A DNA stretch of 64,000 nucleotides, taken from the NCBI GenBank assembly GCA_036513095.1, contig DATBZR010000078.1, forward strand, positions 15,475 through 79,474, given 5' to 3'. This DNA is from Candidatus Dormiibacterota bacterium. Its GTDB lineage: Bacteria; Chloroflexota; Dormibacteria; Dormibacterales; Dormibacteraceae. The notes under the pieces are model-generated. The model worked only from the letters and a program-made list of their open reading frames with translations. It was not told where the DNA came from and did not search any database. Below, piece after piece: positions 8,732 to 16,247 of this stretch. Positions within the stretch are counted from its first letter, which is position 1. Every line of letters starts with the position of its first letter. A program made the position numbers and the translations under genes.

Positions 8732-10003
8732 CTACGCCTGTATCGCGGACCTAAGACCAGCCTCGCTTGCGAACGGTCCGATCACCGCCATCTGTATCGG
8801 CCCCCGCAAAACTTCACCGGCGACTCGAAGGATGTCCGCGACGGTGACCGCGTCTACCAGCGCGAGCTCCTGCTCGACCGTGTTGATCTCGCCGAGCAAC
8901 AGCTCCTGGTAAGTGAGCCAGAAGGCGACGCCATTCGTGGTTTCCATCTCCAGGCGCAGACGTCCCTTGGTGAACTCCTTCGCCCTCTCGAGCTCATCCG
9001 AGGCCACCTCCTCGTCGCACAGGCGGCGCAGCTCACCCATCACCGCATGGACTGCGTCGACAGCCTTCTTCGGATCGACACCGAGATAGACCGCGACGTA
9101 GCCGGTGTCGCGATGTTTTTGCATGAAGCTGTGCACGTCGTACGCGATCCCGAGACGCTCGCGGATGTTCAGGAACAGCCGTGAGCTCATGCCCTCCCCC
9201 AACAGCGTGTTCAGAAGGTCGATCGCGTAGCGGTCAGGGTGCAGGTAGCTGTATGCCCTCACTCCAAGGCAGATGTGGGCTTGCTCGGTCTTCTGCCGGC
9301 GCACCATCACGTGCGCACCGTCGAGCGGGCCTGGAGCAACCGCCGCCACCTGGCCGTTCAGGCCTTCCGGCAGCGTGAGCCGCGGTCGCACGAGGTCCAG
9401 CACGACTTTCTCATCGAGGGACCCCGCCGCACCTATCACGACGTTCGGCAGGCGGTAGTGCGCATCGGCGTACTCGAGGATGTCGTCACGCGTCAGCCGG
9501 CTGACCGACTCTTGCGTCCCCGCGATGTCGCGCCCCAGCGGATGACCCGGCCACATCATCTCTTCCAACAGGTTCTGGACGTGATCCTGCGGCTGATCCT
9601 GGTACATCTTCAGCTCTTCCAGGATCACGGCACGCTCGCGTTCGATGTCTCCGGGATCGAGCTTCGAGTTCGACACGATGTCGAAGAGGACGTCCAGGCC
9701 GAGCTCCGTGTACTCCGACGGCACTCGCGTCCAGTACGCCGTCAACTCCTTGTCGGTGGACGCATTGATGAACCCGCCCACGCCTTCGATCGCGTCCGCG
9801 ATGTCCTTGGACGAGGGCCGCCTACGCGTCCCTTTGAAGAAGAGATGCTCGATGAAATGCGACACGCCGGCGAGGCGGTCATCTTCGAGTCGCGACCCTC
9901 CACCGAACATCGCGACGACGCTCGACGAGAGCCGTTCGGGCATCGCGGCCGTGACTAGCTTGGCCCCTCCCGATAGCGCGTGGACGTGATGCGCGGAGGC
10001 CAT
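8732..10003 (-). CDS. M16-family zinc peptidase (insulinase-like)
   Basis: HFIEHLFFKGT (inverted HxxEH zinc motif) and a typical M16 two-domain length of 423 aa. Confidence 0.85.
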   Translation of the reverse strand: MASAHHVHALSGGAKLVTAAMPERLSSSVVAMFGGGSRLEDDRLAGVSHFIEHLFFKGTRRRPSSKDIADAIEGVGGFINASTDKELTAYWTRVPSEYTELGLDVLFDIVSNSKLDPGDIERERAVILEELKMYQDQPQDHVQNLLEEMMWPGHPLGRDIAGTQESVSRLTRDDILEYADAHYRLPNVVIGAAGSLDEKVVLDLVRPRLTLPEGLNGQVAAVAPGPLDGAHVMVRRQKTEQAHICLGVRAYSYLHPDRYAIDLLNTLLGEGMSSRLFLNIRERLGIAYDVHSFMQKHRDTGYVAVYLGVDPKKAVDAVHAVMGELRRLCDEEVASDELERAKEFTKGRLRLEMETTNGVAFWLTYQELLLGEINTVEQELALVDAVTVADILRVAGEVLRGPIQMAVIGPFASEAGLRSAIQA

Positions 10004-10051
10004 GGGAGGGCCAGTATAGGACCGCTGGAGAACGTCCCTTCCGGGGCTGCT

Positions 10052-10327
10052 CTACGCGGCCGGGCCGCCTTCTCGAAGCGCGCCGAGCGCGGCGTAAAGG
10101 GTCATCGCCACGAAGTCGGCCGGCATCCCGTCGGACACCGCGTCCAGAGCCTCTCCGAGATACCGACGAACGTTGGCCACCTGGTCGACCTCGCTCAGCT
10201 CGAGGCAGTCGCGAATGGCTTCGGCGATCTCCGTTGGCGTGATGTCCTCATCGCCTGCGCCGTCCGCGACCGAGTTGACCAGCGCGATCGCTTTCCGGAT
10301 CCGCTCAGCGGCGGCCCGGCCTGGCAT
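10052..10327 (-). CDS. hypothetical small acidic protein
   Basis: 91-aa ORF in the gap between the jag and M16 genes on the same strand. No recognisable motif. Confidence 0.35.
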   Translation of the reverse strand: MPGRAAAERIRKAIALVNSVADGAGDEDITPTEIAEAIRDCLELSEVDQVANVRRYLGEALDAVSDGMPADFVAMTLYAALGALREGGPAA

Positions 10328-10336
10328 GGAACCGCT

Positions 10337-10987
10337 CTACTCGGCCGCCGACTTGCGGGGCCCGACGACGACGCGCCGCTCCGGCTCTTCGCCGATGCTC
10401 CCGCTTGTGACGTCCGGATCACCCTCGAGCGCAAGGTGGATCGCGCGGCGTTCGAACGGCTGCATCGCATCGAGCGTGATCGGGTCGCCCGTCATCTTGA
10501 CCTGGCGTGCGGCGCGCATCGCTATCTCGCGCACCGTGTGCTCCCTGCGCTGCCGGTAGCGCTCCACGTCAACGATGATCCGCTCGCCATCGGCGAGATG
10601 ACGGCCGACCATCACGTTCGTGACCGACTGCAATGCCCGCAGGGTCTCGCCTCGCCAACCGATCAGCGCACCCAGGTCGTGACCGCTGATGTCCAGGGTT
10701 ATGGGTTCGCTGCTTGGTCGCACCGTAACCTGCGCGCGAACACCCATATGCTTGAGGAGACCTTCGACCAGACCACGCGCAACCTCTGCTTTTCCGTTGG
10801 CAGGAGCGCCGGCAGAACCCACCGCGGCGGTGGCTGTTAGGTCGATCACGGTGACCTCGACCACGGCCTCATCGGCTGTCTCGCTGAGCACCCTGATGTC
10901 GACGTTCCTGCGGCTCTCTTTCAGTTCGATCAATGCGGCGTCAACCGCTTCGTCCACCGTGCGGCCGCGCCCTTCAGCGGAGCTCAT
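10337..10987 (-). CDS. jag: Jag/KhpB-type RNA-binding protein (Jag_N, KH, R3H)
   Basis: N-terminal EGRGRTVDEAVDAAL (Jag_N) and a C-terminal R3H-like ...FERRAIHLAL. Conserved position downstream of yidC. Confidence 0.85.
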   Translation of the reverse strand: MSSAEGRGRTVDEAVDAALIELKESRRNVDIRVLSETADEAVVEVTVIDLTATAAVGSAGAPANGKAEVARGLVEGLLKHMGVRAQVTVRPSSEPITLDISGHDLGALIGWRGETLRALQSVTNVMVGRHLADGERIIVDVERYRQRREHTVREIAMRAARQVKMTGDPITLDAMQPFERRAIHLALEGDPDVTSGSIGEEPERRVVVGPRKSAAE

Positions 10988-11017
10988 CGCAACTCACCTC
11001 TAACCCTCATTTCTGAC

Positions 11018-11908
11018 CTATCTCTTTGGTCTTCTAGGTTTGACGCCATTACCTGGCGGACTCTTCGGACCGCCGCCAGGTCCCTTCTTGGGCGGTGCGT
11101 CAGGTCCCTTCTTGGGCGGCAACGCGCCCTTCCCGTTAGAACCCCCCGACACGGTCCGTCTGAACCGCGCCGGCAGAACGTTTCCCCAGCCGACCACGAA
11201 GCTCTGCTGAATGATACTGACGCAGTTGCCTATAAACCAGTAGAGTCCCAGGCCCGCCGGGACGTTCAGGGCGAAGTAGCCGATCATCAGCGGCGACAGC
11301 CACACCATCGTGCGCTGCATCTGCTGCGTCTGCAGCTCCTGCTCCGTCGGGTTGGGGGCCGGCGGCATCTGGAGCATGCGCGACTGGATCAGCGTGGTGA
11401 GCGCCGCGAACAGCGGAAAGATCAGGAAAGCGAGAACCGGGATCGGGAGCCCGGGGATCATCAGGTGGTGGTTGGGGTTGTCGTTCAGGTTCGAGATCCA
11501 GAGGAACGGCTGTGGTGGATGGCCTGCCTTGGCGAAGCCCTGGAAGACGTAGTAGAGCGCAGTCAGGATGGGCAGCTGCACGATCAAGGGGAGGCATCCG
11601 ACCAGGCCTCCGAGCGGGTTGACCCCGTGCTCCTGGTAGAGCTTCATCATCTCCGCGTTCAGCTTCGTGGGGTCTTTCTTGAACTTCTTGCGAAGGTCGG
11701 CGACCTGCGGAGCCAGCTTGCGCTGCTCGACCATCGTCTTGCGCTGCGTCACCAGCTGGAACTGCTGAAGGGGTGCGAGGACCAGGCGGATCATGATCGT
11801 CAGCACGATGATCGCGACCCCGTAGGCCCCGATCGCCTCGATCACCGGAACCCCCTGCAGGTGGACGTACAGGTAGTTCAGCAGGCCCGCCAGAGGGTGC
11901 TCGACCAC
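11018..11908 (-). CDS. yidC: membrane protein insertase YidC
   Basis: Contains QQFQLVTQRKT...LYQEHGVNPLGGLVGCLPLIVQLPI..NVPAGLGLYW, plus a Lys/Pro-rich C-terminal tail. Confidence 0.9.
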   Translation of the reverse strand: MVEHPLAGLLNYLYVHLQGVPVIEAIGAYGVAIIVLTIMIRLVLAPLQQFQLVTQRKTMVEQRKLAPQVADLRKKFKKDPTKLNAEMMKLYQEHGVNPLGGLVGCLPLIVQLPILTALYYVFQGFAKAGHPPQPFLWISNLNDNPNHHLMIPGLPIPVLAFLIFPLFAALTTLIQSRMLQMPPAPNPTEQELQTQQMQRTMVWLSPLMIGYFALNVPAGLGLYWFIGNCVSIIQQSFVVGWGNVLPARFRRTVSGGSNGKGALPPKKGPDAPPKKGPGGGPKSPPGNGVKPRRPKR

Positions 11909-12004
11909 GGCAACCCATATGTCGTGGATCGGTGACAGAAAATTGCCGATGCTCTTGATGAGATCGCTCAGCTTGTTTTCTCCGATGAAGGGTGGAAGGC
12001 CGGA

Positions 12005-12214
12005 TCAGGGGACAGGATCGTAGCCGCCCTTGGCGAATGGATGGCAGCGCGCGATCCGCGCCGCTCCCATCCAGCCACCGCGCAGCCAGCCATACCTCTC
12101 GATCGCTTCATACGTGTAGTGGGAGCAGGACGGGTAGTAGCGGCACGAGGGCGGAAGGACTTTGGAAAACGACATCTGGTAACCCCGTATCAGAGCGAGG
12201 AAAAGCCTTGTCAC
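12005..12214 (-). CDS. yidD: membrane protein insertion efficiency factor YidD
   Basis: 69 aa with [19 protein letters not shown]...RCHPF..GGYDPVP. Confidence 0.9.
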   Translation of the reverse strand: MTRLFLALIRGYQMSFSKVLPPSCRYYPSCSHYTYEAIERYGWLRGGWMGAARIARCHPFAKGGYDPVP

Positions 12215-12570
12215 GTGTTCTGCTTCGACAGCCGGAGCGCGGCCTGTTCCGCCTCGGCCACAAGCTCGGCGAAAGCGACTTCCAGGGCCGCCGGCCGGGC
12301 GATGAGAACCACGTCATATCGTATTCCCACGCTCGTTAGGGGCGAATCAGCGCCGAGCAAGCTGACGCGAGCCAGCTCGCGGAGGCGCCGCCGAGCCCGG
12401 TTGCGGTCGACCGAGCCCTTGAGGGCTCGGCTGACGGTTACTCCAACGCGGGTTTCGCTTCGCGCACTGGGGATGGCGAACGCGACCAGGGCGCGGCCGC
12501 TGTAAAACCGCTTGCCGCTCATCGCGGCCTGGAAGTCGCCGTGCCGGCGCAGCCGGATGCGCCGTTTCAT
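12211..12570 (-). CDS. rnpA: RNase P protein component
   Basis: Basic 119-aa protein with the RNR-like motif [15 protein letters not shown]. Overlaps the yidD start. The ATG at 12568-12570 is directly abutted by the tandem repeat and has no Shine-Dalgarno. Confidence 0.85.
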   Translation of the reverse strand: MKRRIRLRRHGDFQAAMSGKRFYSGRALVAFAIPSARSETRVGVTVSRALKGSVDRNRARRRLRELARVSLLGADSPLTSVGIRYDVVLIARPAALEVAFAELVAEAEQAALRLSKQNT

Positions 12571-12750
12571 GTCTGCACTGCGCCCTGCGCGCGACCGGCG
12601 GTCTGCACTGCGCCCTGCGCGCGCCCGGCGGTCTGCACTGCGCCCTGCGCGCGCCCGGAGGTCTGCACTGCGCCCTGCGCGCGCCCGGAGGTCTGCACTG
12701 CGCCCTGCGCGCGCCCGGAGGTCTGGATTGCGCCCTGCGCGCGCATTCCT
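12571..12750. repeat. tandem repeat of six 30-bp units (GTCTGCACTGCGCCCTGCGCGCGCCCGGAG) filling the rpmH-rnpA spacer
   Basis: Units start at 12571, 12601, 12631, 12661, 12691 and 12721. Units 3-5 are identical. Unit 2 has one substitution and unit 1 two, both near the 3' end. Unit 6 is degenerate (GTCTGGATTGCGCCCTGCGCGCGCATTCCT). The units are contiguous, with no spacers. Confidence 0.95.
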
Positions 12751-12771
12751 ATTAGCGCGCCTGGCCGCCGC

Positions 12772-12906
12772 CTAGGCGGACAGCCGCTGGCGACCCTTTC
12801 GTCGGCGGTTCTGCACGACCCGGACGCCGCCTTTCGCGCTCATCCGGCGGAGGAATCCGTGAACGCGCCGGCGATATCGCTTCTTGGGTTGGAAAGTACG
12901 CTTGAT
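12772..12906 (-). CDS. rpmH: 50S ribosomal protein L34
   Basis: Not in the ORF track. Manual minus-strand translation gives (I)[43 protein letters not shown]-stop(TAG 12772-12774). The codon aligned with the universal Met1 is ATC (12904-12906). The only other in-frame candidate after the upstream TGA is CTG at 12919-12921. Confidence 0.85.
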   Translation of the reverse strand: MKRTFQPKKRYRRRVHGFLRRMSAKGGVRVVQNRRRKGRQRLSA

Positions 12907-13211
12907 GGTGGCCCCCTGCAGGAGTCAGTAACTGGCGAGAACCGCGGTAGTGTACCGGAGCAGGAGCCCATCGATCGTGATAGCGCTCATGTCACTTCAT
13001 CGCTAAGGTATATGCCTTGCGATGTCCACAGGGCTTTGCTACACTGCCCGCCCGGAAGCAGCCAAAGTAAGGGCTCGGGTAACGAACCAGTACAGATTGC
13101 ACCAATCGGTCCCACTTATCGTTATAGCTAACCCGGGCATAAACGTATAACACCGCTTCCTGGTTTCGGGATCGATCGGATGTGGGATTTCGGACGGCTA
13201 GGCAGCGCTAG

Positions 13212-13244
13212 CCTGTGGAAATCCGGTCCGCTCTTTTCCACAGG
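13212..13244. promoter_or_regulatory. inverted pair of DnaA-box-like sites forming a 10-bp perfect inverted repeat
   Basis: CCTGTGGAAA (13212-13221), then 13 nt, then TTTCCACAGG (13235-13244). Confidence 0.5.
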
Positions 13245-13369
13245 CATCAAGGAGGCGGAGCTCATGGTCAGAGAGCTTCGGGTTGAACCTGCAATCGCGG
13301 CGGCGCGATTTGCGGGGTCCCCGCGCAAGCGGTGACGCAGGGTAGGTCGGACGAGGAGTTGGCCCCAGG

Positions 13370-13378
13370 TTGTCCACA
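13370..13378 (+). promoter_or_regulatory. DnaA box, exact match to the high-GC actinobacterial-type consensus TTGTCCACA
   Basis: TTGTCCACA read directly, about 90 bp upstream of the dnaA start. Confidence 0.55.
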
Positions 13379-13467
13379 GCATTTGCAGAGCGGGGCAACC
13401 ATTCATCCCCAGGGCCGGGCATCCTCTTCCCCAACCACAGCCGCGCCTCCGGACAGGGAGATATGAG

Positions 13468-14859
13468 TTGAATCAGGACCAGATCTGGTCACAGGTTCAG
13501 GAGGAGCTGCGCTTTCAGCTCGCCAAGCGGACCTATGACATGTGGCTGAAAAACACCTCGGTGGTTTCAGCAGACGGCGGGACGTTCCGCATCGGCGTAC
13601 CGAGCAAGCTCGCCAAGGACTGGCTCGAGGATCGCTTCTCCGGCCTCATCCAGGAGACGCTCCAGGCAGTCACAGGATCTGAGGTCGACATCGATTTCGT
13701 CATCTCGCCGTCAGGACATCGCCCGGCGCTGTCCAGCGTCGACGGCGATTTCGGACGCGCGTCGGAGAACGGTCACGAAAGCAATGGCAATGGGAACGGG
13801 GTCGAGCCAGTGCCGGACGCGCCTGTCATTCCGCCTTCGGAGCTCAACGCCCGTTTCCGCTTCTCATCCTTCGTGGTCGGGCACAACTCGCAATTTGCCC
13901 ACGCCGCCGCCAAGGCGGTGGCCGAAGCTCCGGGCGACAGCTACAACCCGCTGTTCCTCTATGGAGGAGTGGGACTGGGCAAGACACACCTCATGCATGC
14001 GATCGGTCACGAGGTTCACGACCGCTTTCCGCGCAAGCGGGTCGTGTACCTGACATCCGAACAGTTCACCAACGAGGTGATCAGCTCGATCGCGACCGCG
14101 CGCATGGGCGAGTTCCGTCACAAGTACCGCACGGTCGACGTGCTGCTGATCGACGACGTCCAGTTCCTTGCCGGCAAGGACCGCACGAAGGAGGAGTTCT
14201 TCCACACCTTCAACGCGCTCCATGAGATCAACAAGCAGATCGTCATCTCGTCCGACCGGCCGCCCAAAGAAATCCCGACGCTGGAGGACCGGCTCCGTTC
14301 GAGGTTCGAATGGGGCTTGATCGCCGACATCCAGTCCCCGGACTTTGAAACTCGCCTTGCCATTCTTCACTCCAAGCTCGGCGACAACACCTCGTTGATT
14401 CCGGAAGAAGTTCTCAACTTCATCGCTCACAAGGTCCAGCGCAACATCCGAGAGCTCGAGGGGGCGCTGACCAGGGTCCAGGCGTTCGCTGCAGTGCACC
14501 AACGCCAGGTCGATGAGGAAGAGGCGGCGCGCCTGCTGGCTGACATCATCCCGGCGGGAACGCGCAAGCCGATCAACGTCGAACGCATCCAGGCGCTCGT
14601 CGCCGACTACTACAACATCTCGCTCGAGGACATGAAGGGAAAGCGCCGCGACAAGCACATAGTCTTCCCCCGCCAGGTGGCGATGTTCCTGGTGCGCGAG
14701 GAGACGCCCTCATCGCTGCCGGCGATCGGCAAGGCATTCGGCGGCCGCGACCACACGACGGCGCTGCACTCGATTGAAAAGATCGCCAACGAGCTGAAGG
14801 AGGACGAGCGATTGCGGTACGAGGTCCAGGCGATCCGCGAGCGCCTCTACGTCCAGTGA
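13468..14859 (+). CDS. dnaA: chromosomal replication initiator protein DnaA
   Basis: TTG start preceded by GGGAG. Contains FVVGHNSQFAHAAAKAVAE, Walker A GGVGLGKTHLMHAIG, LLIDDVQFLAGK, and a C-terminal DNA-binding domain (VFPRQVAMFLVRE...IGKAFGGRDHTTALHS). Confidence 0.97.
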   Translation: MNQDQIWSQVQEELRFQLAKRTYDMWLKNTSVVSADGGTFRIGVPSKLAKDWLEDRFSGLIQETLQAVTGSEVDIDFVISPSGHRPALSSVDGDFGRASENGHESNGNGNGVEPVPDAPVIPPSELNARFRFSSFVVGHNSQFAHAAAKAVAEAPGDSYNPLFLYGGVGLGKTHLMHAIGHEVHDRFPRKRVVYLTSEQFTNEVISSIATARMGEFRHKYRTVDVLLIDDVQFLAGKDRTKEEFFHTFNALHEINKQIVISSDRPPKEIPTLEDRLRSRFEWGLIADIQSPDFETRLAILHSKLGDNTSLIPEEVLNFIAHKVQRNIRELEGALTRVQAFAAVHQRQVDEEEAARLLADIIPAGTRKPINVERIQALVADYYNISLEDMKGKRRDKHIVFPRQVAMFLVREETPSSLPAIGKAFGGRDHTTALHSIEKIANELKEDERLRYEVQAIRERLYVQ

Positions 14860-15127
14860 AAAGCGTTTCCACAGTTTGTTGGACGAGCCTTGGGACGCAC
14901 ACCGCACGGCTCGCGACCGGCCATTTCATCCCCAGTTACTCAACAGGACATAGGTCGTCGCGGCACGCTTACACAGACCTTGTCCACCGCGGCGCTCGAT
15001 CTGTAAATGATCTCGACATCCACAGTGTCCACAGCGCTTACTGTTATCTACTACGGATAAATTCAATCAAGAGAATCTCTATCAACGGGGGACAACTGTC
15101 TTGAATTCGAAAGTATTAGCTGCCCAG
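14860..15127. other. oriC: oriC part 2 (dnaA-dnaN intergenic region with DnaA boxes plus an AT-rich candidate unwinding element)
   Basis: Boxes at 14865-14873 (gTTTCCACA), 14980-14988 (TTGTCCACc) and an abutting tandem pair at 15016-15033 (acATCCACA gTGTCCACA). The AT-rich stretch 15041-15086 (ctgttatctactacggataaattcaatcaagagaatctctatcaac) stands out in a GC-rich genome. Confidence 0.6.
15016..15033 (+). promoter_or_regulatory. two abutting DnaA-box-like 9-mers
   Basis: ACATCCACA followed by GTGTCCACA, immediately upstream of the AT-rich stretch. Confidence 0.5.
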
Positions 15128-16246
15128 ATGAAGGTCACCTGCCGGCCGTCCGTTTTAGGCCAGGCGCTGCAGGTGGTGTCGCGCGCCATCTCGAGTCGCA
15201 CCACCCTGCCCATCCTCAACAACATCCTCATCGAGACGACATCCGAAGGGTTGGCGCTCAGCGCCACCAACCTGGAGATCGGCATCCGTAAGCTGGTGCC
15301 GGCCGAGGTGGCGATGGAAGGTGCGACCACCGCGCCGGCAAGGTTGCTGACCGATTTCGTCGGCACGCTCCCCGATCAGGATCTCGAGATGACGCTCGAC
15401 GGAGCCAGCCAGTCGCTGAACCTGCGCTGCGCTCGTTTCGACACCCACATCAAGTGCATCGAGGCGGAGGAGTTCCCCCCCGGACCAAGGCCAGATGAAG
15501 GCGACCGGCTCGAGGTCGCGCTGGACGAGCTGGTCAGCGCCGTCGAGCAGACCCAGATGGCGGCCTCGACCGATGAGGCGCGTCCAGTCCTGACGGGCGT
15601 GCTGGTCCTGGTCCAGGGCGGCAGCCTGACCCTGGCGGCGACCGACGGACACCGCCTGGCGGTTCGGAAGCTGGCGGCGGCCGGACCGTCCGATCTCGAG
15701 GCCAGCCTCATCGTCCCGGCGCGAGCGCTCGCCGAGCTCTCGAGGGTGCTGAAAGGCGAGCCCGGGAAAGTTGAGGTGATCATCTCGAAAGCTCGGAACC
15801 AGATCTTCTTCCGGGCCGGCAGCTCGGAGCTGACCTCCAGGCTGATCGACGGAAAGTATCCCAACTACGCACAGGTTATCCCCAGCAAGAGCTCGACCAA
15901 GGTGAAGGTCTCCACCAGCGAGTTGACGCAGACCGTGCGGGCGGTGTCGCTCTTCGCCCGCGACAGCGCCAACGTGATCCGGCTCAAAGCGCAAGCCGGG
16001 GCCTTGACCCTATCCGCGACCACGAACGAGGTTGGAGACAGCAAGGCGGAGATGGCCGCAGACGTCGACGGTTCCGACATCCAGATCGCCTTCAACGCCC
16101 GCTATGTCCTGGATGCCCTTGGCGTGATCGGGGAGGACGAGGTCGAGCTCCTTTTCGACGGCCCCCTGAGCCCAGGGCTGCTGCGACCGCCGGGCAAGGA
16201 GCACTACCTGTACGTGATCATGCCCGTGCGGGTGGCGATGTCCTAG
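15128..16246 (+). CDS. dnaN: DNA polymerase III beta sliding clamp
   Basis: MKVTCRPSVLGQALQVVSRAISSRTTLPILNNILIE... The track ORF starts at TTG 15101, but ATG 15128 gives the usual N-terminus. Three-domain length. Confidence 0.95.
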   Translation: MKVTCRPSVLGQALQVVSRAISSRTTLPILNNILIETTSEGLALSATNLEIGIRKLVPAEVAMEGATTAPARLLTDFVGTLPDQDLEMTLDGASQSLNLRCARFDTHIKCIEAEEFPPGPRPDEGDRLEVALDELVSAVEQTQMAASTDEARPVLTGVLVLVQGGSLTLAATDGHRLAVRKLAAAGPSDLEASLIVPARALAELSRVLKGEPGKVEVIISKARNQIFFRAGSSELTSRLIDGKYPNYAQVIPSKSSTKVKVSTSELTQTVRAVSLFARDSANVIRLKAQAGALTLSATTNEVGDSKAEMAADVDGSDIQIAFNARYVLDALGVIGEDEVELLFDGPLSPGLLRPPGKEHYLYVIMPVRVAMS

Positions 16247-16247
16247 G

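Larger units (their letters stand above)
12907..13467. other. oriC: oriC part 1 (rpmH-dnaA intergenic region with DnaA-box cluster and AT-richer patches)
   Basis: 561-bp non-coding gap between divergent rpmH and dnaA. DnaA-box-like 9-mers lie at 13022-13030 (aTGTCCACA), 13214-13222 (TGTGGAAAT), 13234-13242 (TTTTCCACA) and 13370-13378 (TTGTCCACA). A locally AT-rich stretch spans about 13110-13160. Confidence 0.6.

Noticed and set aside
12571-12750. Possible CRISPR array, given regularly repeated 30-mers
   Set aside because: The units are directly contiguous with no unique spacers. No cas genes or leader are nearby. This is a simple tandem repeat.
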